From Callorhinchus milii (Eukaryota): a stretch of DNA of 64,000 nt. This document shows, piece by piece, positions 1 to 10,330 of this stretch (the first letter of the stretch is position 1; the number at the start of each line of letters is the position of its first letter). The stretch spans positions 78,494,001 through 78,558,000 of the forward strand of contig NW_024704743.1 in assembly GCF_018977255.1 (NCBI RefSeq), written 5' to 3'. The position numbers and the translations under genes were made by a program. The notes under the pieces were generated by a model that was not told the origin of the DNA, made no database searches, and saw nothing but the letters and a program-made list of their open reading frames with translations.

Positions 1-238
1 CTTCAGCCACTCTGCCCCCAATCTCTGGAATTCCATTCCCCAGTCACTCCACCTCGCCCCTCCTTAGCCTCCTTCAAGTCCCGTCTCAAGACCCTCCTCT
101 TCGACCATGCCATCGGCCACCCCCCTTACCCTCCCCTCCCTTCCCCCCAACCCCAGCTGTACTCTGTCCAGCGCCTTGGGAAGTCTTCCTGACGTTAAAG
201 GCGCTATACAAATGTAATCTTGTTTGTGTTGTTGTTGT
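1..238 (+). mobile_element. L2-clade LINE 3' end fragment
   Basis: Encodes ...PNLWNSIP...SFKSRLKTLLFD; 3' stem-loop GCGCCTTGGGA..GACGT..AAAGGCGCTATA and (TTG)n tail. Confidence 0.88.
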
Positions 239-1097
239 TTGTGGGCTGGAAAGAGGAACCATTCTGCAGACATTGGAGGAGAGGGATGAAGGGGTGGGTC
301 AGTGTTACACAAACAACCTCATATTCTGCCCTTGTGATAATTCTCACACTTAAGGGAAAGTAAAGTATTCAACTAATAATATTCCATATATTATAGCGGT
401 CAAAACTTGAGCGTTTGACGACAAATTAAAATGCTTAGTACAAGAACAGCAACAGACTGATAAGTCAAGAGTAAAACAATAAAGATCTTTCAGATACACA
501 ATGGAAGCAGAACAAAATACACACTTTCAGAGTTGTGAAGGCCAATTAGAAGACAGACATTGCGAAGGATTTCTTTACCCACTGGACCCAGATACTAGGA
601 AGGGTGTTTAGGGCGGGATGCCAGAATGATTTATGAAACAGCTTGATCATGTAACAACTTGATTTTTTATATAGCGCCCCGTCACGCAGGATAGCATCCC
701 AGAGCCTTGACAGTGGCTGAGCATGACACCAAGCCAGGGTGAGGGGTGGGGTGGGTGACGTAATGGAAGGACAGTTGGGTGGGTATTCTGTAAGGATGAG
801 GTCAGACGGATTTGAAAGGCTTTTTTCATCTGAACCTCTTTTGTGGTTTTCTGACTAATTTAACAAGTCCTTCTGTTTGCATGCTTGAAATCTTCACGTG
901 TTTCTTTGCCAGATTAGATCACTCTGTTTGCTGCAGACCTACTTTAGACCAAACAACATGAGACTGTTTGATAAGCAAAATAATTCCTCAGGCGATGTTT
1001 ATGGAAACCATTGTCAATAGGTTTCTGGATTTCTAACACTGGCAACTTTCACTAGTCAGAAGGTTTAAGATTTCTTAACTGATAATTGTCACATGAC

Positions 1098-2150
1098 ATC
1101 TGTCTCACCTGGCTCAGCTGGTAGCACTCTTGCCTCCGACTCAGAAGATTGTGGATTCAAGCCCCAAGTCATAACTTTCAGCTCACAGTGCAGGATAATC
1201 CAGTGCAGTGCCAGGAAAGCGATGCAACAACAACAAATTGTATTTATATGCAATAACAACTTGCATTTATGTAGCACCCCTCACACAGGGCAGTGTCCCA
1301 GAGCGCCTTAAACATTCGGAGGACCTCCTAAGGCCCTGGACAGCTAAGGATTTTGCACCCAAGCTGCAGGTTGGGATCAAGAGGGTTGGAGGGCCGCGGG
1401 ACTGGGGTTGGGAAGATGATCATAGGCACAGTTGAAGAGGAAGGTCTTGAGATGGCACTTGAAGGAGGCAAGGGAGAGGGTGATGCTGAGGGGCTCCAGG
1501 ATGTAGTTCCAGAGGGTGGAAGCAGAGAGGCTGAAGGCCATGAATTGTGGTGTGGGCAGGGCAGGAACATACAGGAAGCCAGTGCCCACTGAGCGGAGGG
1601 AATAGACAAGTTGCCAGAGGTAGGGAGGCACAAGATATGGAAGGCCCTAAAGGTGAGGATAAGGGTATGGAACTCGATCCTCTGGTGGATGGGGAGCCAG
1701 AGAAGCCACGCAAGGATGGGGATGATTGGGTCACAGAGCCTGGTGCAGGAGAGGGTATAAGCTGTAGACTTTTGAATAATCTGCAGCTTGTGGAGGGGAG
1801 AGTTGTGAAGTCTGGCGAGCAGGGGGTTAACATAGTCGAGTCTGAACATGATCAAGGCATGGATGAATGTCTCAGTTACATTGTCTGAGATTCCATTCTT
1901 CAGATGAGATGTTGAACTTAGCATTAAACACCCCATCACAAGTTTTGAAATTAGAAAGGAGTTTCTCCTGGTGTCCTGGTCAAAAATCTCCCAAATAAAA
2001 TTGGTCGTTCATTTCATGGCTATTTGTGTGATATTGACGTGTGCAAAGTGGCTGCTGAGTACACCTACAGATATAGCTACGACACTTGAACAATCTTTGG
2101 AGAAGCAATGTTCTCCACATCATAAATATCAAATGCAAAGATTCTGATTT
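1098..2150 (+). mobile_element. Old DeuSINE-type (SacSINE1/AmnSINE1-like) tRNA-headed SINE split by an L2 insertion
   Basis: Head GGCTCAGCTGGTAGCACTCTTGCC...GGATTCAAGCCC at 1110-1165; resumes at ~1880 (CAGATGAGATGTTGAAC); Deu-like 3' part at 1955-2150. Confidence 0.65.
1226..1878 (-). mobile_element. L2 LINE 3' fragment
   Basis: ORF 1328-1939 (RLDY..LHKLQIIQ..WLPIHQRIEF); (CAA)n tail at left. Confidence 0.88.
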
Positions 2151-2801
2151 ATTGTAATTTTCATCCCAATATTCTAGGATTTGTCAATGCTGTATAAGTA
2201 AACAAGCCAGAGCAATGATTTTTCATACTTTATCAACTGTTTTCAAACTGATTGAAAATCATTATCTGCACATTAAGCTAAATTACTATGAGCTATCTGA
2301 TAGGTGCACTAAATGGCTTCTCCCAAGAGAGAGAGGGAAACAATATGACTATCAAAAGGAAGAGTGACTCACAATCCTCACACCCTCTACATTACAGATC
2401 AAGAGCGAAATTACAGATCAACAATGCACAACCTATTTGGTCACTACCCGCTGCATCCACTCGGCTGGTTCTGGCTTCCTGCTTGTCCCTCGCGCCTTGC
2501 TTCACCAATGTTTAGCTCTCCGAGACACTGCCCAACGTCAAGGCACTATATAAATGCTTGTTGTTGTTGTTCTACTGTCACTACGCTCAATCACGGACCA
2601 CTCAAACATGGCAGATACTGAATGCACTGTCTTGGTTTACAAATCAAGTGGTTTATTGACAGAGTGGATAACATCTAACAGACCCGGAGGAGGGTAGGCC
2701 ACGTGGGTTTGATGGCCAGTGTTCTGGAACCCCTCTTATAAATCGCTCTTACTTGCAGTTCGTACTCTGTTCAGGTGCTCACTTGACATGGTCTCCGAGG
2801 T

Positions 2802-3035
2802 AAAATACTGCAGATGCTGGAAATCTGAAATAAAAACAGAAGTCACTGGGAACACTCAACAGTTCAAGCAGTATCTCTGGAGAGAGGAAAATGAATTAAT
2901 ATTTCAGGTTGATGACCTTTCGTCAGAACTCCTAACAAAACAGAACTGAACAGTTTTGACAAAAGGTCATTGACCCGAAATGTTTACACACTTTCCTCTC
3001 TCTATAGATGCTGCCTGACCTGCTGAGTGTTCCGA
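2802..3035. mobile_element. Palindromic Penelope-type terminal repeat element with hammerhead-like motifs
   Basis: Arms ~2846-2930 and ~2952-3035 are imperfect inverted copies; CTGACGA...GAAA core on the minus strand; a related one-arm copy lies at 6345-6475. Confidence 0.6.
2893..2931 (-). ncRNA. Minimal type-I hammerhead ribozyme motif
   Basis: Minus strand reads GAGUU-CUGACGA-A-AGGU-CAUCA-ACCU-GAAA-U-A-U-U-AAUUC: stem I, catalytic core, stem II and palindromic stem III. Confidence 0.55.
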
Positions 3036-5659
3036 GTCCCGGGCTCAGCAACCAAGGCACCTTCTGCAACAGGCCGCAGCTGCCATGCGGCTAGGCCTTA
3101 GGTTTCCTCTCTTCCCCTTGACCCAGGAGGGGGCCAGGGACCTCTTTCCCTGCAGTCACTCAAGCTCTGCCTCCCAGATCCATTGCAAAGCCCTCTGTGG
3201 AGTGACCTCATGGCTTGGCTGACTACCATATTGCTGGACAGTCCGATACAAGAACAGGGCAGTGTTATTTTATCAATAAAAGAACTTGTGAAAGTAGTTT
3301 GCCCATTTGAAAGTTCTGCTAAAAGCAAGGTGAAATAATCCTGTGCTAGAAATGTAATACCACCCACAAAATACATACAGTGACACCACTCCACAGTATA
3401 TTCTGTAAAGTACTTTGAGATGTCTCGAAGAAGTGATGAGGTTCTATATCAAATGCAAGGATTATTACTATTATTCCCCAATTGAAGAAAGCAGGGTGGT
3501 GCTGCACAATAGAAAACATAAAAGCCACTGTGATGTTCTGCTCTGAATGTAAACTGGGAAACACAGGAAGTCATGTGCAAATTTGCCCTGTCACTGCCTG
3601 GTAACGTTTGGACTATGTGTGCACGAGGGCTGTATTTAATGTCCCAGATCTGCTAGTGACAAAGTCACATCCGAAGGGAGTAGCTTTACACTCTTTGTCC
3701 CTATTCTGCATATTTAAATGTTGAACCATACAAAGTATCCAGGAGGAGGTCTCCCCACTTCCCTCTCCTTTCCTTTCTCCCCTCTCTTCCCATTTCTCCC
3801 CCTCTTCCACTTCTCCCCTTCTCTTTCTCCCTCCTCTCCCCATTTTTCACCATTGTTTACTTACCAATGGTTTACTTCCAGTAAAATCTCAAACCACATA
3901 ACAGGGGTATTCTTAAACACGTTCAATTCCTTAATTAAAAAACAAGATTAAACAAGGTTTTGAAAAGTACCCCGCCACACCTCAACTTCTGAATAATAAC
4001 AGGTAAAGCTAACTGAAAAATGTAAACACAGTCAAGCTGGTATTCCATGCATACAACTACAAACTGCTGTGGGCAATTTGGCTGCAATGTTTGCCGACAC
4101 AATACACACAGCATCACTTTACAGCATACCCTGTGAAGTGCTGAGAATTAAAAATTAAAATTGTGGCAGCTGGCCGTATTCTTATAGCTTTTGTTAGGCC
4201 AGTTTTAAATTTTTGTGTCTCAGTTGGGGGCCTTTCAATTATAACAAATTAAACACAATACTACACAAGTTTATATTTACATAGCAGCTTTCACATAAGG
4301 AGGATGTCCCAAGGTGCTTAATAATACTTGCTTGGCACCAATTAATAATTAATTAATTAATTAATATCCTGTAAAGAGGCTGCTTTCAGTGTCAACAGTG
4401 ACCTCCCAAGTGCAATACAGAGGCTCACAACATTTTCCCAGTCACTTTGGGTGCTACTATTATTCAGAAACACAACCTTGTTCTTTAATTACTTAATAGG
4501 TGTGTTTAGGAATACCACAAACTAACTCTTGTACCTTTATAACAAAAATCAATTGTCCTTTTAAACTATTTAATTTTTAGAAAAATCTTATATTTTATTT
4601 TTTTTGTATGCAATGGGTGACGAGTTAGCAGTTTACTGTATATTCATGTATATATGAATGGCAATGCATGTTATCAAATAATAATTGTTGCATTTGATAT
4701 ATTGCCTTATCATGTCACCAAGACATCTCAAAGCACTTCACAGGATTTTACTGTGTTTGCAGCCAAATGTGGCAGCCAATGTACATACAAGAATATCCCA
4801 CAAACAACCAAAAAGTGAATGACCAATTTTATCTGTGAATATTTCTTAACTTCTAATATTGTCCAGCATTGATGCATTTAACCTAAGGTTATTCTGAATG
4901 ATTCAAGTATGTGAACATTTGAGTGTACTTTGACTTGTGTCTCTGACAGCTTATCTGTTACTGTGGCAACACTGATAACTTTCTGCCAATGATTACTTAT
5001 TTACCCACAGCTGCAGTGTATTGTTTGCCTAGAAATTTGTGCTGCAAGGCAGTGGTAACTATCGTACCGTATTCTTTATCCCAAGATATTGAAGCAGACT
5101 AAATAACAGTGATAGTCCCTCTGCAGCCTCGTTGAAGTTAGGCCTTTTTCAGAATCGAGGGGGAAGGGTTTCAGTCCCAAACCGATCATTAAGGACAGAA
5201 TAAACAGCCTTGTGACCTTGTCATAGGTATTAAATTCTCATGTCTCATTCCACTTACCTCCCTCATCTCTCTTGTGCAGCAATCATCCTAAAAAAGTAAT
5301 AGATATTAAATAAAACATAAAGTAAAAGATCCAAATTTCCACCGAGTCTTGGCTTGTTGCCTTAAGATAAATTTAAGATTGTGCAGAATTGAGAAAAAAT
5401 TGCTAACATTCAGTTTTAATACAGAGGCTGGTTCACTGTAAAAATAATCTACACTGTACTCTTGTCTCAATGGAACTAGATTATTTGCTGTCAAACCTTC
5501 TCATGATTAAGATTGATAAACTAGGGGACTTTCCTTGTGATTAAGCATGCAGTCTGCAGCCAATTTTTGCTCTAATCAAAGAATATGTTTACCCCAGTAG
5601 AGCATCTAGAAGTGGCACACACAACCTCAGTGTTAGTGGAATGAGCTACAAGCAACAAT

Positions 5660-5965
5660 TATAGACGAGCTAGGGCTCTTCAGTCTTGAAAGGAAACATC
5701 ATAGAGGGATCGAGAAAATAAATTCAGAAGAATACTTTTGAATATAACAAGAAAACAGGTTTGACAAGGACAAATTCAGTACAGATAACAGGAAGTATTT
5801 ATTTATGTAGAGAATAATTATCGATTAGGATATATTGTCAGAAAAACTGGTTGACGGCCAGACTCTGGACTCACTGAAAATGTAGCTTGATGTGGAGGAT
5901 GATAAGGTGGGCGTTGTGGAAAGATGAGATAAAATGAGCTGAAGAATCTTCTTCATTCAAAGTAT
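5660..5965 (+). mobile_element. Degenerate CR1 LINE 3' fragment
   Basis: LGLFSL-like coding remnant followed by a CR1-type 3' end. Confidence 0.5.
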
Positions 5966-6344
5966 TCTTGTGAGAAATGAAAGGCCTCAACAATTATGCA
6001 AGGCTTCAGAATAAGATTCTTTTACACTAATGTCAGGCTTTCAATAAGAACAGCTGTGTGTGTTTATAAAATAATCATTGAGCTATGTTTTTCACAGCAA
6101 GTGCTGTTTGGCATTGTATGCAATAAAGCACGGAAATGTCTGTTAATTTTTTTAAAATACTGTATTGCCAAAACTGACTTCTGCTTCTGCAATGATTGAC
6201 TGAGTTTGCTAACGTAAGCAATCCTAGGGAATATTGGAATGGTCATTTGGGAGATAATGCTCAATGTGCAAGTCTATTGTCTAAATACTTCCCAGGTCCT
6301 TTGTTCTATCGATAGCTCTGAGTTCCAGCCCCTGTAAATCCTCA

Positions 6345-6475
6345 CAAAACACAAAATACTGCAGATGCTGGAATCTGAACCAAAAACAGAGAGAGCTGGG
6401 AAAACTCAGGAGGTCAGGCAGCATCTATGGAGAAAGGAAAGTGAGTCAACATTTCAGATCCACAACCCTTCACCT
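6345..6475. mobile_element. Second, one-arm copy of the Penelope-type repeat
   Basis: AAAATACTGCAGATGCTGGAA...AGGTCAGGCAGCATCTATGGAGA matches 2802-2890. Confidence 0.65.
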
Positions 6476-6842
6476 GTAAACCCTCCCCAGGCCTGTTACA
6501 ACATGACTCAAACCTCATAAAGCCATTAACTAGATAGTTAAAGGGTCATTGGCATGCCAGGCCGTGATTGGTTACACCCCTTCCCCCTTGCCGACCTTCT
6601 GTGTGAACGTATGCCCTAGTCTATGAGAATTCTAAATAAGTCACTCATTTGACTTTACTCTTTAACCTGGCAATTTGTTTCCTGTAATTTCAAGCCTGAC
6701 TTGTTGCACAGAAATGAGAGAAACAAGTTAAATCAGAAGCACTTCCTATCACACGAAAGTAGAACGAGGTTGTATATGTAGCTTTATGGGACGTTGTTAC
6801 AAAAGGTTTTATGTTAGTTGAACTGTCATATGTATTCCTCTT

Positions 6843-7933
6843 GGATGACACCCAACTCTACCTTTCCTCCTCTACTCTCAACTCCACGACCACCGATGTC
6901 CTGACAGCCTGCCTGTCCGACATCGAGTCCTGGACGAGAGACAACTTTCTTCAGCTCAACGTGCGAAAAACCGAGGCCCTCCTGATTGGCTCACGTCAGC
7001 GCCTCCGCACCTCAGGTGCCGACACCATCAGCATCCAAGGCTGCACTCTCCACCTCTCAAAGCCAGTCAGGAACCTCGGCGTTTTGTTCGACCCTGAGCT
7101 GTCCTTTCTCCCTCACATCCGCACCACAACTGGCACCGCCTTCCATCACCTCCGGAACATCGCCAGACTACGGCACTACCTCACCCCTCACGCTGCTGAA
7201 ACCCTGGTCCACGCCTTTGTCACCTCAAGGCTGGACTATGGGAACTCTCTCCTCGTCGGCCTTCCCGCCACCTCCCTCCACAAGCTGCAGGTCATTCAGA
7301 ACTCTGCAGCTCGTGTACTGTCCCGCACCAGGCTTCGGGACCACATCACTCCCACCCTCGCTCGCCTCCACTGGCTCCCCATCCCCCAGAGGATCGAATT
7401 CAAGATCCTCATCCTCACCTACAAGGCCATTCACGGCCTTGCTCCCTCTTACCTCTCCAACCTACTATCCCCCTACCTACCTGCCCGTACCTTCCGTTCC
7501 TCTGACTCCGGTCTGCTCCACGTCCCCCGCCCCAATCGCCCTACCATCGGTGGTCGGGCCTTCAGCCTCTCAGCCCCGAGGCTCTGGAACTCTATCCCCC
7601 AGTGCCTTCGCCGCTTCCTCCCTCTCCTCCTTCAAGGCCGGTCTCAAGACCTTTCTCTTTGACCGAGCCTTCAGCTCCCCTCTCGACTCTCTTCCCCCTC
7701 CTCGCTCCCTCCCTTCCCTCCCCTCACCCTGACCATTTCCCCCCTCCTCGCTCCCTCCCTTCCCTCCCCTCACCCTGACCATTTCCCCCCTCCTCGCTCC
7801 CTCCCTTCCCTCCCCTCACCCTGACCATTTCCCCCCTGCTCGGGTCATGACCCAACTGTGCAGCGCCTTGGGACGTCCTCTTGACGTGAAAGGCGTTTTA
7901 TAAATGGAATCTTGTTGTTGTTGTTGTTGTTGT
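6843..7933 (+). mobile_element. Young 5'-truncated L2 LINE (RT C-terminus + 3'UTR + (TTG)n)
   Basis: 283 aa ORF: DDTQLY, NFLQLNVRKTE, VRNLGVLFD, SRLDYGN, LHWLPI, RLWNSIP. Confidence 0.95.
7694..7836. repeat. ~46-bp pyrimidine-rich tandem repeat x3 inside the L2 3'UTR
   Basis: CCCCCTCCTCGCTCCCTCCCTTCCCTCCCCTCACCCTGACCATTT repeated. Confidence 0.9.
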
Positions 7934-8389
7934 TGCATCTTCTTACTCAGACAATTATCAGTTCAGTCAAAGGCAGTTTTAGTCTAATGAGTCCAAAGCT
8001 CATATTTGATAAACAAGGGGACTTTCTTTATGCACAAAATACAAGTCTACAGCAGTTTTCTGCCTCTATATAATAATATCCCAATATCTATTTGTAAAGT
8101 TAGCAGCATCTGGGTTGAACAAGATAAAAATGATTATTTCATTATTTATCACACTCTTTCTTCCTGCACATTTTGCCCAGACAAACTTACCCCTGAGATA
8201 CAACTGTTAGCAAAACAGGAAGACTCTCAGTTTAAACACTGAATGACACTTCAATATAATCACGAAATTTAATCCATAGACCTGGAACGTACATACTGAA
8301 TTCACTTTGCATGGTGAAGATTAACCTCGCCCTCTATTCCAAGCATGCAATAAACAATATCAAATGCCCATCCTCTAAATGAATGAATG

Positions 8390-8610
8390 ATAGATTGAGG
8401 AAAGTTTACAGTACAGGAGGAGGCTATTGGCCCATTATGTCTGTGCTGGGACTAACTTCCCCACTGGAACCATCAATTCTTATCCCATTGCATTATACTT
8501 TCCTGAATGGCCGTCAAGGTTATTTTCTAATAACTGTATCCAATTCCCTTCCAACTGCTGTAATGGCCCTGCCTGCAAATGTGGTAATGCATTCCTCAGT
8601 ACATCACATC
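8390..8610 (-). mobile_element. Degenerate CR1 3' fragment
   Basis: TACAGTACAGGAGGAGGCTATTGGCCCAT is the reverse complement of the CR1 3' motif. Confidence 0.55.
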
Positions 8611-8799
8611 CAAATTTTATCATTTGTGAAATTGAACCCGACTCTATGAGGGTGGACAATTGAATTAAATATGATAATCAAGCACAAATCTGACACTAAG
8701 GAAAACAAACATAATTCATTTTGATATGTGTGAACAAGTTCTATTGATGGTAACTGAATATTTTGCTTTTATTCATTTCTTCACGTGTGTTAGCCTGGA

Positions 8800-8940
8800 G
8801 CATTCGTAGCATTCTCACTTCTGAGTCAGAAGGTTGTGGGTTGACTTGGAATCACATAGCCTAAGCTGACACTTCAATACAGTGCTGGGCGTATTGCATT
8901 GTGCGAGGTGCTGTCCTTTGGATGAGACATTAAACCAAGA
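8800..8940 (+). mobile_element. Old DeuSINE-type SINE 5' part
   Basis: CTGAGTCAGAAGGTTGTGGGTT head and TTTGGATGAGACATTAAACC core. Confidence 0.6.
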
Positions 8941-8944
8941 CATT

Positions 8945-9770
8945 TTTACATTTCAAGATCCTGCTTCTCACTTTCAAAACCCTCCGTGGTCTTGTTCCCA
9001 CCTACCTCTGTGACCTCCTAATCCCCTACCAACCTGCCCACACCCTCCGCTCAGCGGGCTCCGGCCTATTTCACATCCCTTGACTTGCCCACCCCACAAT
9101 TGGCGGGCGGGCCTTGAGGTGGGACTTGAAGGAGGCTAAGGAGGGGGCGAGGTGGAGTGACTGGGGGATGGATTTCCAGAGTTTGGGGGCAGAGTGGCTG
9201 AAGGCTCTCCCGTCAATGGTGGGGCGAGTGGGTCGGGGGGACGTGGAGCAGGCCAGAGCCGACTGAGCGGAGGGAGCAGGCAGGTTGGTAGGGACTTAGG
9301 AGGTCATAGAGGTAGGGTGGGACGAGGCCATGGAGGGCTTTGTATGTGAGGACCAGGATCTTGAACTGGATCCTCTGAAGGATACGGAGCCAATGGAGTC
9401 GGGCGAGAGTGGGGGAGATGGGGTCACGGAGTTTGGTGCGGGAGAGGACACGGGCTGCAGAGTTCTGGATTATCTGCAGCCTACAGAGGGAGGAGTTAGG
9501 AAGGCCAACAAGCAGTGCGTTTGCATAGTCGAGCCTGGAGGTGATGAAGGCATGAACAAGAGTTTCAGCGGCTTGAGGGCTGAGGTAGTGGCAGAGTCGG
9601 GTGATGTTACGGAGGTGAGGGATGGCAGGCGGGTCATGGCTTGGATGTGGAGAAGAAAAGACAGTTGAGGGTTGAACAAGACACCGAGGTTCCTGACTGA
9701 CTTGGTGAGTTGAAATGTGCAACCATGGAGGTTGATGCTGCCAGAGTCTGCGGTGCTGAGGCATCCCACC
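8945..9770. mobile_element. Two fused, oppositely oriented L2 fragments (+ 8945-9115, - 9115-9770)
   Basis: ORF 9213-9764 (-) is the L2 RT C-terminus; the plus part covers the same segment. Confidence 0.85.
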
Positions 9771-9979
9771 TAATCATGGAAATCCCAGAGATAGATTGTT
9801 GTAATGGAGTGCAAACGCTTTCCCTCGAGGGACACATCCTACTTACCTGATTAGTGTATTGGGTGCAGGTTGGCAGGAGCCAAGGCTTGGGGACTCCGGA
9901 GTGTGCATTGGGGTCACTCAATCCACGACTGTTTATGGATCACTGCTGAGTGCAATTGGCTGTCACGTTTCGCGCACAA

Positions 9980-10330
9980 AATAATAATAATAATCCTTTC
10001 ATTTGATATATCACATCTTCAAGACGCCTCAAAGCACTTCACAGAATATACTGTAAAGTGAATTGACTGTATATTTTTGTGGGTGAAACGTGACAGCCAT
10101 TTGCACACAGCAGTGTCCCACAAACAGTCATAGATTGAAGTGACAAATTTCTTATTTTTTTTAAGGAATTATTACCCCCAGAAAAGCGATCCGCCAATTG
10201 ACTAATAACCAGGTTCCTACTTACTGCTAGGTAAATAGAAGCGTGTGGAGTAAGGAAACTTGCCCAACATTTCGCCCTGCCGGGAATTGAACCTAGGTCT
10301 CTCACTTGCGAGGCAGAGGTACAGGACTCC
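9980..10330 (-). mobile_element. tRNA-Ala-derived SINE (long variant) nested antiparallel in another SINE copy (9915-10430, +)
   Basis: (TAA)n tail at left, head ending ...ACAGGACTCC at right; host SINE halves flank it. Confidence 0.85.

Noticed and set aside
2630..2770. Weak similarity to ~47385-47525 (TAAATCGCTC..ACTTGCA with minus-strand AATAAA), possible solo LTR remnants
   Set aside because: Too short and degenerate to support by eye. No TG...CA ends or TSD were identified.
6811..7662. 283-aa ORF as a host gene
   Set aside because: It is the L2 reverse transcriptase C-terminus, 5'-truncated. The first 11 codons come from flanking DNA.
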